Positions 1 through 11,780 of a stretch of 64,000 nucleotides of DNA are shown piece by piece; position 1 is the first letter of the stretch, and each line of letters begins with the position of its first letter. Source of the stretch: Takakia lepidozioides. Its lineage: Eukaryota; Plantae; Bryophyta. A program made the translations under genes and the position numbers. Below the pieces are notes generated by a model. It saw only the letters and a program-made list of their open reading frames with translations. It was not told the origin of the DNA and made no database searches. The DNA lies in contig CM060731.1 in NCBI GenBank assembly GCA_030704615.1, positions 39,680,001 to 39,744,000 of the forward strand, written 5' to 3'.

Positions 1-420
1 GACCTACAAGAGCCGATCCCCCCTCCATGCATTTCACCTCATTCCCAATCCCCTTCTCTGATCCCCCTTATTCCAAATTGTAGACATTGATCCCTATGCA
101 GAACTTTCAAAACACTGATCCCCTCTTGAAGTTTGCAAACAGTGATCTTCCTAGTGAACACCGACCCCTCTATTGAATTTTGCAGACACTGTTTCCCCAA
201 GCAGAACTTTGAAAACACCGATCCCCCTAATATGCATTGGAACAATGATCCCTTTGCAGAACATTGGAAATGACCGATCCCCGTGAAGTTTGTAAACATT
301 GTTCCCCCCTACAGATATTTCAAAACCTGATCCCCTGATCCTCTTATCTTTGATCCCCTTATCTTATGATCCCCATGATGCCCTGATCCCCTGATCCCTG
401 TCATGTACTGAGACCCTCGC
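1..420. repeat. Degenerate GATCCCC-rich repeat tract (about 30-bp subunits such as TTTGCAAACATTGATCCCC)
   Basis: Recurrent 'aaacactgatcccc/aaacattgatccc' motifs. The same subunits recur at 1020-1640. Confidence 0.7.
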
Positions 421-984
421 TACCCGATCCTGCACTATTTCCCCATGGTGACTTGCCAAAAGCATTAATAGTATATTCTAAGAGTGAAACTTATATGAAA
501 GCCATAGCACCTAAACCTTACATGTAGCAACTTTATTCATCTGGCTATCTAATTATATACATATTAATATAATCTTTTTCTTTTTCTTATTATTATTATT
601 ATTTTTCTCTTTCAATTCCATTCTAAATAGCATTACACCATTATATATCATATATTTTTAACAGATCTCTACTTTAGTTGTAACAGGTGCTAAACAATCT
701 ATAAGTGTACACTCCATTAAAATTCCGTTTAAATATATTTGACACGCTTATACATATATAACATTATTGATTCATCTATAATTGTGGGCCAACCTTATAG
801 TTGGCTCCTGGGCCTTTTCTATTACTGGCACTAAGCAACTATTATTGACAGTTCCTCGTTAGCGAATCAAATTTAGATTTTGAGCAATTAAAGTCATGCA
901 CTAAACCACTCAAACCGTCACTTTAGGTTCTTTAAAAAAATTAAAAATGTTTCAAATTTATACTTAATAAAATGGGCTTTCAAA

Positions 985-1640
985 CTGGCCTTTGAGCGGC
1001 TGAAGTCTCGGCACTGAACGAGCCAAACCCCCCTCCATCAAAACATTAATTCCCCTAGTAACATTTGTAAACAGTGATCCCCCTAGTGAAGTTTGCAAAC
1101 ATTGACCCCCCCACATAACTTTGACAACACCAATCGGGCCCCCAAATAAAATTTGTAGACACTGTTCCCCCCAACAAAACTTTGAAAACACTGATCCCCC
1201 TAATGAGGCACTGAACGGCCTTGAGCGGATCAAGTCCGGGCCAAACCCCCCTCCATCAAAACACTAAAATTCCCCTAGTAACATTTGTAAACAGTGAAGT
1301 TTGCAAACATTGACCCCCCCACACAACTTTGACAACGGCACTCGGGCCTAAATGAAATTTGTAGACATTGTTCCCCCCAACAAAACTTTGAAAACACCGA
1401 TCCCCCTAATGAGGCACTGAACAGCCTTTAGCGGATCAAGTCCGGGCACTGAACGGCCTTGAGCGGATGAAGTCCAGGCACTGAACGGCCTTGAGTGGAT
1501 CAAGTCCGGGCACTGAACGGCTCAAGTCTGGGCATTGAACGAGCCAAACCCCCCTCCATCAAAACACTAAAATTCCCCTAGTAACATTTGTAAACAATGA
1601 TCCTCCCTAGTGAAGTTTGCAAACATTGACCCCCCCACAA
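985..1640. repeat. Tandem ~220-bp units plus a nested ~31-bp tandem (GCACTGAACGGCCTTGAGCGGATCAAGTCCGG)
   Basis: 'ccaaaccccctccatcaaaac...ccctagtaacatttgtaaaca' starts at about 1023, 1241 and 1544. The short unit is repeated 4-5 times at 1410-1545. Confidence 0.8.
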
Positions 1641-2329
1641 AATTGCAGGGGCAGGGAAACATGAAGAAGGAGACCGTTGTGTAGGAGGAATAAAACACCA
1701 TGATAGGACGAAAAACAAATCCCTATAAGTACATGCATTATGAGCTGGCCGGTATACAACCATCTTGGACTCTGCAACCTGCATCAATCCTATTCAGCTG
1801 CCCGAAATGCAACCATCTTCGAATTTGCAACATGCACGTAAAAAATATTACGAGGCCATGTTTACAATATGTCAATCTCGTAAGGTAAGTAGTATGAAAA
1901 AGCAAACATGAAATTGAGGCTGAAGTTTGGAGATACTATAGTTACATACCATCATCCCCCTCCACATGTGATTAGCTACAGCCTACGGCAATCCTCTACT
2001 TCAGCTTTGAAAACAACAAACAACAAACAACAAAGATGAAAACAACAAACAATAACAAGAAGAAGAGAACAAGAAAACCCCATGTATGCATTTTATGCAA
2101 GACATTCGTCGCAAGAGAATAACAAACGCCGTAGAGCGGACACGATTCAGGCACTGGCAGGTCATCCCAAACCCGTCGAAGCAGGAGCACGAACAAATAC
2201 GACAGTTGCAAACCCTCAGATGCGGAGATGGACAACCCTACCTCCACGACGAAGTCACCATCACATGCAAGGGCACGTGGTTCGATCGGCATCGTTGGAT
2301 GTGTAAGGGATTTCAGAGCAGGATATCGG

Positions 2330-3960
2330 CGGCAAGGCCAGGGAGGGAGATGGACGGCCGGGGGAGCGCCACGCAGTGGACCATTGTGAGGCACGATCAC
2401 ATGGCGGGGGGATGGCCACATGACGCTGAAGAGGGGCAAGGGGGATTAGTCCCCGGGGGCGGCGGGGATCGGCAGGGGATCGACATTGGGGGTGCCGCCA
2501 CGTGGTCGAGGGGGATGAGGTGGGGGGGGGGGGGATTGACGATGAGGGGACCGCCACGTGGCCCCGTGGGGTCGCCCAGGGTACGATGGAGCAGCACGTG
2601 GCGGCAGATGTGGGGAGGGGGGTCAGTCCCCGAATTGGACAAGGGGATCATCTGAGGCGGGGTCCGTGACGACGCGGGGGATCGCGCCGTTGATGGAGGA
2701 GGGGATCGAGGGCGGTGGGGACCGCCACGTGGCGTGGCAGTGTCATCGGCTCTTCATCCGCCCATCATCCATCCCCTGCGCGGGAGGATGGCGGGGGGAT
2801 GAGGGGCAGATGACCCACATCATCCATTTTATTAAGGTTGGATGGATGGGTAGGGGATCGATGGTTCGGGGGATCACCATGTGGCGGCGTTACGGTTTAG
2901 GGGATCACTCCTGCACTGGACGGGGGATCAACCGAGGGGTGGGGAGTGGTGACGGCTCCGGGGATTGGGCCGTGGATGGATGGATGGATGGGCAGTGGAT
3001 CGACGGTTCGAGCGAGCACCACGTGGCTGCAGATTAGCGGAGGGGGATCACTCCCGCACTGGACAGGGGATCAACCCAGGGATGGGGGGAGCGGCGACGT
3101 CTTGGGGGATTGCGCCGTGGATGGGATGAGGGGATCGACGGCGGGGGAACCGCCACGTGCCGTGGCAGTGTCATCGGCCCTTCATCCACCCGTTATCCAT
3201 CCCATGCTCGGGAGGATGACGGGGAATGAGGGGCAGCTGACCCACATCATCCATTGTTTTCAGGTTCGATGGATGTGCAGGGGATCGACGGTTCGGGGGA
3301 GCACCACTTGGCGGCCGATTAGGGTTGGGGGATCACTCCCGCAGTGGACGGGGGATCAACCGAGGGGGGGAGCGGCAATGGCTCGGGGGATCGCGCTGTA
3401 GATAGGATGAGGGGATCCAGAGTGTGGGGGGCGCCACATGGTGGCAGATGAGGAGTGGGGGATCAATCCCCGAATTGGACTGGAGATCAACCCAAGGGGG
3501 CGACCGACGGCGCGGGAGATGGTGGAGTGGGGGATCAACAGCGAGGGGACCGCCACGTGGCGCAGTGGTGGCATCAGCCCGTCATCCATGCCCTGTGCGG
3601 GAGTATGGCGGGGGATGAGGTCGGATGACCCACCTCATCCATTTAATTGAGGTTGGATGGATGGGCACTAGGGGATCGACGGTTTAGGGGACCACCACGT
3701 GGCGGGAGATGGGGGGTGGGGGCTCACTCCCGCACAGGACGGGGGATCAACCCAGGGATGAGGGGATCCACAGGGGGATGCCCCGTGGCTGGAGATCGGG
3801 TGGTGGTGGGGGACGCACGGCTGGGGCCGATGGAGCCTTGGGGGCGCCAGCGGGCAGCGATGGGTGCAGGCTCACGGGTCCCGGGCGTGGGGGGGTGAGG
3901 GGGGGGGGGGGGGGAGGATTTGACATGGGGCGTCCAGCTCGACGACGAGCCTGCCGGAGG
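2330..3960. repeat. G-rich degenerate repeat array (GGGGATC and CCACGTGG motifs), possibly the subterminal region of a DNA transposon
   Basis: Dozens of GGGGAT(C) motifs, the reverse complement of the GATCCCC motifs at 1-1640. A higher-order block recurs at about 2700, 3130 and 3530. Confidence 0.65.
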
Positions 3961-4039
3961 GGGGCGTTCCCGGCTGTACCTCGCGGGCAGCTCACACGCT
4001 TGAAATAAAATCAAGCCACATCAATATTGGGACCCCTAT

Positions 4040-6785
4040 TGTACTGGTACCCCATACTTTAGTTTGTGCAAATCTAAAACTATTACCCCACAAAAACTTT
4101 GACTGCTGTTACTTCAACATCACTGCTGTGTTGAGCATCCCAACCACCTGTGGGTTTTGCAACATGCATGGAGAAGACTCGAAATTTGAGTTTCTCCTGG
4201 TACTTTAGGTACTTTTTAAGTGTTGCTTCCATTTTGTACAAAGGCCTAAGTTAGGGTAAAGTGGGAAGCATGCAACCTCGGTCGTCTGTCTGGCGATCCT
4301 ATTATTTCCAGTGAGGTGACTGAAATAAGTGGCCCAATAGCTTGATGTTATGGTTTCACACCAGCGAGGATGTGGGTTTATGAGTTTTATTCACATGCAG
4401 ATAGGGCAATGTCTGTGAATGTGGTTTGGTGCTAAATCTGCCTTCGGGGACGCTCCAAACTTTTGAGTGGGCATGCTTGACCTTTCTTACCCAGATGAAG
4501 CTCTTAGCATTCATTACATACTGGCGCCTTCATTGTACCAGACACCAGGGGATCCCTTTCTAGCTGCAGCATATCCGCTGCAGGTCCTGACGTCCAGGCC
4601 AACGAGTGCATCAACAAAGGGTATTGTATTCAGCCCATTTTTATATGAACACATGCTTTGCTTGTGTGTGTCTAAACTCAGGCTGATCAGAGCTCAGCAT
4701 CTCGTGGCAGAACTTGCTTCAAGACTTGTAAGCCAATCATCGCCATGCAGCATCAGCTTGAACACGTCCAAGCATGAAGTCGGTCTAATTCGATCGGCTG
4801 ACAAGTGGATTCATCCGTATGCCCATCCAGATCACGCTTTGCACATGTTTGATTATGAAAATGATGCTTGTAGTGTACTCAGGTTGGGATGAGCACACTA
4901 TAAATCTTTGAGCTCCCTAGTTCATTTCCATTACCAGCTCGACCTCGACTTCTGCGGTGTCTGGGCCTAGTGTGAAACGGACCTCAGTTTGCCTTGAGCG
5001 CCCACGGCTCCAATTCACCTGTCCATGGTAGAGACACCTGACTGCTTGAGTTCTCTAGGTCTGCATGTTGCTTCAACTTGCTCTTGCCTGCCTGCAGTGA
5101 CGTTACCCACTAGTGATCGACATCATTTGTGATCCCTTGAGCTGCATATCTATTCACAACCTGATCACGAGGCTTTGTATGACCCCCTCCATCTCTTCAA
5201 ACATAATGTATGAAATATGTGTAGTTGATCACGTGTGGCTCTCCTGTGGCTCCTTGTAGGATTTATTAGGTGATGACTTTCTTACGCATGAGTTTCGCAG
5301 ATAATTTGCGCTAGATCTGATGTGCACGCTACGGACTTGACTCCATGCAGACACAAGGCAAGGTACCTACTTGTACGAGTTCTAGATTATTGTATTGCAT
5401 GGATAGCATGAAAACCAGGAATCCCTTGCCAGCTCCTGCACACGATAATTTGATTCACGCTGTGCTGACTGTCTTTGCAACCAGTGCAGAAATTCAGCGT
5501 CATTGTCCGACCAAGTTTCATGATGAATTCTTCCATCCTGCTTGCCGTCCTGTGCTTTTCCCTTCTGGCCAGCACAGAGGCCCTCACTCACCGCAAGGCT
5601 CGCGTTCGCATTGTCAACAACAGCGGAAGAAATATCCAATCCAGTAGCATCTACGTGGCCCACAAATACAGCAACGTCTACAAGAACCAGCTCAAGTTCA
5701 CCAAAGGCCTCAGCAATAGGGAGACAGACGATGCCGGCGGCCAAATGCTTGTCGACTATCATACGGGCATCTTCACAACTGGCGTTGACTGGTGGTACGT
5801 GACATGGGTGTTTGCCGATAACAAGGCCATCTACCAGACCGACCCCAACAACTTCAGGTGCCTTATCGACCAGGTTGAGAACATAGGCCCCACTGCGCTC
5901 GCCTCTGCCGCAGCCGCCATTGCAGGGGTTGCTGCTTGCGGATTCCCTCCAGTCGCCGGGTGCGCAGCGTCCCCAGCCGCGGCTGCAGGTGCTGCGATCG
6001 CCGCAGATGCCATCTCGAAGGCTCTCCTGAGTGACGAGGCGACTTGCGGGTTCAAGCGGTACATGCTGGAGTCGGAAGATGACATGAATTCGTCGGGGGA
6101 TACTTGGGTAACCATCAGTATAAATGGCAACAACGAGCTGACCTTTTCGTCCCCGTCGGGATCTGCCGCGACTGTGTACGACGAGATCGAGATCCGGCCA
6201 GATGGGACGGTGATAATTGACACGGCCAACTTCTCAGCAGCTCGCGCGGCCGCTGCAGCTCGTGCTTTTGGAGTCAAAATCCCCATTGCCGCCTGCAAAT
6301 CCGAAGAGCACCTACTCCAGAGTGTGGATCAGATCGTCTGAAAATGTCTTCTTGTGGTTACTTCCCTCTTCATGTAGCTTCACGTACATGCATGCAGTGA
6401 ATGACCGCCTTTGACAGTATAAGTCTACCTTCTGTTGACATGAATCTATGTTATATATGTCTAACCTTCTTAATATGCTGCCCGACGGGCATTATAGCAT
6501 ATAGTGAGGGTCCGCTTTGAAGAGTGTGTGTTCGAAACTTCTGTATGCCAATCTTGACATCGCGGTATGACATACTTAAGTCTTCTACCGAGATTCATAA
6601 TAAACTCAGTTGGGTGATTTTACTGGATTAGACACTTTGTATCAATCTGAATCCTGATGTGGAACCCAAAAGCAACTAAACTACTAAGGCCATGACCTTG
6701 ATCACCGTGCACACTTTGACTGACTAGTATGTCCATGATTTTTTGGGTGTTATGGAGCACTACAAAGAACAGAAGTACAGCTAAG
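4040..6785 (+). repeat. Duplicated unit carrying PUD-like gene copy 1 with its promoter and 3' flank
   Basis: Aligns by eye in inverted orientation with about 14395-17860. From about 4585 onward it aligns in direct orientation with about 23770-26075. Confidence 0.85.
5520..6341 (+). CDS. Secreted PUD1_2-like (up-regulated in daf-2 domain) protein, copy 1, 273 aa, intronless
   Basis: First true ATG is at 5520 (MMNSSILLAVLCFSLLASTEA, signal-peptide-like). Motifs RVRIVNNSG, VAHKYS.VYK, VDYHTG..TTGVDWWYVTW, DPNNFR, GFKRYML.SED and FSSPSGS match the PUD1_2 family as I recall it. Confidence 0.8.
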   Translation: MMNSSILLAVLCFSLLASTEALTHRKARVRIVNNSGRNIQSSSIYVAHKYSNVYKNQLKFTKGLSNRETDDAGGQMLVDYHTGIFTTGVDWWYVTWVFADNKAIYQTDPNNFRCLIDQVENIGPTALASAAAAIAGVAACGFPPVAGCAASPAAAAGAAIAADAISKALLSDEATCGFKRYMLESEDDMNSSGDTWVTISINGNNELTFSSPSGSAATVYDEIEIRPDGTVIIDTANFSAARAAAAARAFGVKIPIAACKSEEHLLQSVDQIV

Positions 6786-7289
6786 TTACCTACATGAATG
6801 GGATGGTGTTGGTTGGATATGTGGGAAGGTGGTTGTGATAAATCTGTGAGTGAATTGTCAATCCCATATTGCAACCACTGCATCGAACGTCTGGGGAATT
6901 TAACAAGAGAAGCTCTTGAAGTGATGTCTTAGATTGATGCGGCATGACAAATTCGAACTGACTTCACACAGATGGGTGCATGACATTAACCCACATAAAA
7001 GTGTAGACATTTTCTTTCCATACCTATTTCTGTCTTCATCTTCTTCAACCACTGAATTCCTCTGAGACAAATTGTGAGCTGCTTTCATTATTGGTGAGGG
7101 TACTGTATCCATCTTTATGATTACTTAGCTAATGGTATGGCTTGCATTCTCTACTGTACATGTACCGAGTAATGGATCATTTTTCATTGCCAGACCGCGA
7201 GAGTAGCACACTTTCTTGTATCATTTTCTCATAAATCTCCAACCATACCAATACCCTGCTCCAAGTAAATATGATATCCAGTTTAGGCA

Positions 7290-7470
7290 TTTTTATACAT
7301 CCACCCTGGTCTCGCACTTGGCATGCATGTTGACAAGGGTGTTGAGTAGAGAGCTGTGTGGATTGAATCCCATTTCTGATGATATGGCAGTGCACCAGCT
7401 CTCCCTTTGCTGGGCATTTTATGCTGATGCACTTTTTTGCAAGAGACAGGAATAAGTATTCTGCAAAATG
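7290..7470 (-). pseudogene. Degenerate PLS-class PPR fragment
   Basis: EYLFLSLAKKC...KGELVHCHIIRNGI, then a frameshift into STLVNMHAKC. Confidence 0.55.
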
Positions 7471-8090
7471 TGCAGCACCTCTGTCAAATGTCCTGCAATG
7501 TGTACTCACATCCGCTGGAAGAGTTGTTGTTGACTCCCTCTCTTGGTCCTTATTCAAAAGCGGCCGAGTGCAGGTGTCCAATCAAGCAACTGTGCCTCAT
7601 TCAACTTTTCTGTCTGCTTGAGGTGGAACTCTTATATGATCCACTGAACAGTACCCTATCTCCTGTTGATTGTGGTTGACCTTGTGCCATGGCAGATAAA
7701 TGACCAACCCTCAATCCAAAGGCCCGCCTATGTGCCCTTATGAGTCTGGTGATCTTGATCTTTTTCTTGACTGAATTCACAGCTTTAACCACCGCCTTCT
7801 CTGCTTTAACCACAGAAGCTCAAAGCCTCTATACGGGGAACCCAAAATGCCTGCTACCAAGGAAGTAAACCGATACCAAAAGTAAAAACCGCTTGTAACT
7901 AAGAGCAGAATTGTGGTTGATTTTAAGCTACCTAATACAATACTGTTGCCAGCATCATTCACAAACCCTCCCTCACCTCGCATAGAGAAAAGGGCAGACA
8001 AGCCTTTGTGGCTTTGAAACTAGAATCTGAGATTGTTGTATCTGCCAAACGAAGACATGTTGCATATCCAGGTCTATGCTACTTGATGGA

Positions 8091-8520
8091 TTAGAATTGT
8101 TGCCGGATGACATCTGGTACAATTCCAGCTTTGCCATGGACCTCTTCGCCCTTTTTCAGAGCTGCCAGGCTTGCACACGCATTGCAAATGCACACAAACG
8201 TGATGTGGTCGGGCTTTACCCCTTCCACCATCATTCGATCATAGGTCTCCAAAGCCTCCATATGACGTCCCTGCTGTGCATACCCTGTAAGCATCGTGTT
8301 CCATGACACCACATCTCGTTCAGCCATAGTGTTGAAAACTCCCTTCGCATCCGTAATGCACCCACATTTGGCATACATGTCCACCAGGGCAGTGTTCAGA
8401 ATGACATTTGGTACAATTCCAACTTTGACGAGGTCACCATGGACCTCTTTCCCTTTTTCCAGAGCTCCCAGGCTTGCACACGCATTGCAAACACAAACAA
8501 ATGTGATGTGGTTGGGACAA
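8091..8520 (-). pseudogene. PLS-class PPR repeat fragment (RNA-editing factor type)
   Basis: PNHITFVCVCNACASLGALEKGKEVHG...NVILNTALVDMYAKCGCITDAKGVFNTMAERDVVSWNTMLTGYAQQG. Truncated at both ends. Confidence 0.85.
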
Positions 8521-8901
8521 AGTACTCTTTCTCTTAGTTCTCTTCTACAGAGAACATATGAAACCAGACAAAGGAAATTCAACTAGAAAACTACATACAA
8601 GTAGAACAACATATATCTAATCTGAGAGCCTAAAAAAATGTAAACTACTTACAAGTACAACAAAAGAACAGAAAACGGAATGACAACAAAAAAATTGGCA
8701 TGTCTACCAATAATTTCCAACTTTCCTTCTCATGCAACTCCATCTCAACGCAATCACCATTTGGTGTATAATCAAATGGCTACACTTGTCAATTTTTGTG
8801 ACCTGGGGCTCTGACCTCCAAATTTCAACCTAGCACTAAGAAGACATCTGACAAGCACATTCCAATGTGTCACCTATGGCTTCATCAAATGCTATCTCTT
8901 T

Positions 8902-9175
8902 CTAGCTTTCCAAAGTTAAAGCTTTGGACAAAGCTTCACTCATCTGGTCTGCAGGATATTCAAAATCCACAATGCCACCTGGAAGAATTTTGTCATAGAC
9001 AGCGTGATCAAACTGGCCATGCCCATAGAGTGCCATCACTATCACCTTGGCAAGCCCTGTTTCCCTGCATTTCAGTGCTTCCCGTATGGTGGCTGCTATG
9101 GCATGTGTGGGTTCGGGTGCTGGGATGATGCCCTCAGTGTGTGCAAACTTCAAAGCCCCTGCATAATCCACGTTT
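8902..9175 (-). pseudogene. Isolated C-terminal exon of tryptophan synthase beta chain type 2 (TrpB2-like)
   Basis: FAHTEGIIPAPEPTHAIAATIREALKCRETG.AKVIVMALYGHGQFD; the canonical motif is LCGHGHFD. No upstream exons were recognised. Confidence 0.8.
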
Positions 9176-9414
9176 CCGACATGTTAGGCCAGCAAACAGA
9201 TCTACATGGCACTTTCTTAACATCTGAAATAAGAACCAGACCTTGGATTGTGGTTGCAGTGAATTTCTTGAGTGAGAATGGCCAGACACAGCAACCATCC
9301 AAAACAATTGCTAAAAACAAGCTTCAGCAGACAAACCAGCCCTAATTCAGCCTTGTTGTGTCTTTAAATATGGCAAGAATCTGAATTTATGTGGCCTTGC
9401 ACTAATGGCAAAGA

Positions 9415-9662
9415 GCTGTAGGGCGGCCAGGCTCGCACACGCACACAAACGTGATGTGGTCGGGCTTCACCCCTTCTCCCATCATTTGCACATAGGTCTC
9501 CAAAGCCTCCATCCGCCCCTGCTGTGCATACCCTGCAAGCATCGCGCTCCACGACACCACATCTTGTTCAGCCATAGTGTTGAAAACTCCCTTAGCATCC
9601 TCGATGCACCCACATTTGACATACATGTCCACCAGGGCAGTGTTCAGAATGACATCTGGTAA
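9415..9662 (-). pseudogene. Second PLS-class PPR fragment, paralogous to 8170-8410
   Basis: PDVILNTALVDMYVKCGCIEDAKGVFNTMAEQDVVSWSAMLAGYAQQG...GVKPDHITFVCVC. Confidence 0.85.
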
Positions 9663-9966
9663 TCTGGCAGGCATTCACCTTTTTGCCTTGGTTGTCCCAC
9701 TATGAATGGGGTCAGAAAAGTATTCATTCCACAGCTTCTCCTCATCTCTGTTACCTGATTTTGGATACTTTCCTGTTGTCACATTGGCAGTATCATGTCA
9801 AAGTCACTCCAAACTAGATTCACTCAACCAGCTAACTTGCAGAATGCAACATGGAAATTTAGGGCCAATTCTGATAAGAGGGAAAATGAAATGTGTTGAC
9901 GAAGGTGCCTTCATTAGCAGTGCCTGATTTATCAATCAGCTCACACTGCACTTAATGTTGTTGGTT

Positions 9967-10245
9967 TTACCAGTAATCCCCACAAGATTGGAAATGGTGA
10001 AAGCATCCCGAACAATAACTTCTCGCCCAACAATCTTTGGGATGAACTTGGCGGCCGTATGGCAGTCACCGCACACCTGAAGGTTCTTGTTGATGCGAAT
10101 AGGCGTCCCAGGGGAAGCCCAAAAGAAATGGCCCGCTTCTCACTCTGGTGGCCAAGAGAAGTTTCGTTCTGCTCCTCCTCCACATCATGCAATACAAAGC
10201 GAGTGTCGGGTGCATACCCCATTGCCTTCATCTGCCACAATCTCC
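9967..10245 (-). pseudogene. Frameshifted DYW deaminase domain of a PPR editing factor
   Basis: [20 protein letters not shown]...[13 protein letters not shown], then frameshifted [47 protein letters not shown]. The HSE motif is altered to QSE. Confidence 0.85.
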
Positions 10246-10530
10246 ACTCTCAAGCAGCATCGTCCCTTCCCCGCGCTCCCGGTTATTTTCGGGCAATTCG
10301 GGCAGGCAGACAGTTTAGACAGTTCAAGTTCAGTTTTCGGGCAATCCGGGCAGGTTCCAAGGAAATTGCCGACGACGATGACATGGCGATGAAACGTGGC
10401 GACGATGACGTGGTGACGATGACGAGGCACTATGGCACCCACTACGCTAGCTTCCGACCTTCGGTCATCGCTAGAATTTAGAGTGGATGTTACTCACACC
10501 TGCGGATGATAAATTATGTAGAGACTAAAC

Positions 10531-11405
10531 CAGTGTTGTGCGGGTTCTGGCTTTTTAAGGAACCCGCCGGGTCCGGGTGCGGGTTTTTTTCGGAGCCAAG
10601 TCCGGGTCCGGATCCTGGTTTTTGAAATTTGGAAAATCCGGGTCCGGGTTCGGGTCCGGGTTTGTCAACACGGACTGGGGTTTGGGTCCGGGTAGTTGTT
10701 GGGAAATATTAGCGGGTTCACAAGTTCGGATCCAGGTCCTAATTTATTGATTAAATAAATTAGAAAATTAAGATTAATTAGGGATAAATTTATTTTTGGC
10801 TGGAAAAAACTTTAAATCCTAATAATGAATTTTATTTTAAGAGACATTCCTTCAAAATATACCATGAATATGAATATGTATACCATGAATAAGAATTAAA
10901 TTAAGTTTGAGTTCCATTTTCTATTTTTCAATATCAATTCTTTAAACATGTTAAGAATAGTAATATGCCTCAAGGGTAGATCACTATAGCATGGATGTGT
11001 GGGATCTGGCATATTAATAATATATGACGTCTCCTTTGGGAGGTGTAAATTATGGTCCCATAGGGCACAACTTTGTGACACCACTCCGGGGGTTGAACCC
11101 ACAACCGCTTTTGAGGTGGTTTGTGGGCATTACCACTGGGCTACAACGTGGTGGGGCTGGCTGACCTATTGCTGCTCGTCCCCTCCACACATATGACAAA
11201 ACCTACCAGATCTAAGGTGGACTCCGTATGCCCCATCTAAATTCCCCTGACCTGACCCGCCCCTGACCCGCTACATTGGCCCACGGGTAGCGGGTTTAAC
11301 GGGTTCTGGACCCAGCAGGCGGGTCCGGGTCCGGTTCCGGGTTCATTTTAGAAATGAATCCGGGTTAGGGTCCGGGTTTTTTGTGATAGCACGCGCACAA
11401 CACTG
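10531..11405. mobile_element. Non-autonomous hAT-type element (MITE), 875 bp
   Basis: TIR CAGTGTTGTGCG...CGCACAACACTG. 8-bp TSD GACTAAAC at 10523-10530 and 11406-11413. CGGGT subterminal repeats. The paralogous empty site is at about 27653. Confidence 0.9.
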
Positions 11406-11780
11406 GACTAAACCTTGTTGCTTGAAAGCAGCAAATTACGAAGCAATTTAGGGCTTTAAGGAAAACAGGAAACACGGCGTGTTTAGTGCTTAGTGTAGGA
11501 CGAAGAAGACGAGTGTGAGCCGGCTACACTTTTCACGACCCACAAATTGCTGAGCACTACACTGGAGGATTTTCGTGCCCTGCACTGCGTGCAGCGACAA
11601 TCTGGATGATGGCGTGAGCGTGGCGAAGCAAAAACCAAGGCTTGGAAATCACTCATATACCTGGAGAGCTGGAGACTGCACCGACTACAGGTTTGAAAGT
11701 GTTTTCTCTCTCTCTCTCTCTGCCTCTAACTCTGGATTTCTCACATGGTTACAGAATTTGACATCGAGGTATGATCTTGT
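11406..11780 (+). pseudogene. Duplicated promoter and exon 1 of the TAD3 gene
   Basis: Near-identical to 27653-28035, with deletions in the exon. The sequence left of the MITE (10478-10530) matches 27607-27660. Confidence 0.8.

Noticed and set aside
1996-4014. Many overlapping Gly/Pro/Arg-rich ORFs
   Set aside because: Artefacts of a GC-rich repeat lacking stop codons; no recognisable domain.
5475-5519. ORF-track N-terminal extension of the PUD gene from a TTG start
   Set aside because: Eukaryotic gene. The ATG at 5520 directly begins a canonical signal peptide.
5831-6298. 155-aa antisense ORF conserved in all three PUD copies (also 15351-15818 and 25119-25586)
   Set aside because: Codon-register mirror of a GC- and Ala-rich sense gene, with a non-ATG start. 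Its conservation simply follows recent duplication.
5520-6341. Microbial contamination as the source of the PUD genes
   Set aside because: The copies are interleaved with plant PPR and TAD3-derived sequence, and nearby duplicated segments tie into the native TAD3 promoter. Long-read confirmation is still advisable.
7290-10245. A single intact spliced PPR-DYW editing gene
   Set aside because: Domain order is reversed, there are frameshifts and an altered HSE motif, and a TrpB2 exon intervenes.
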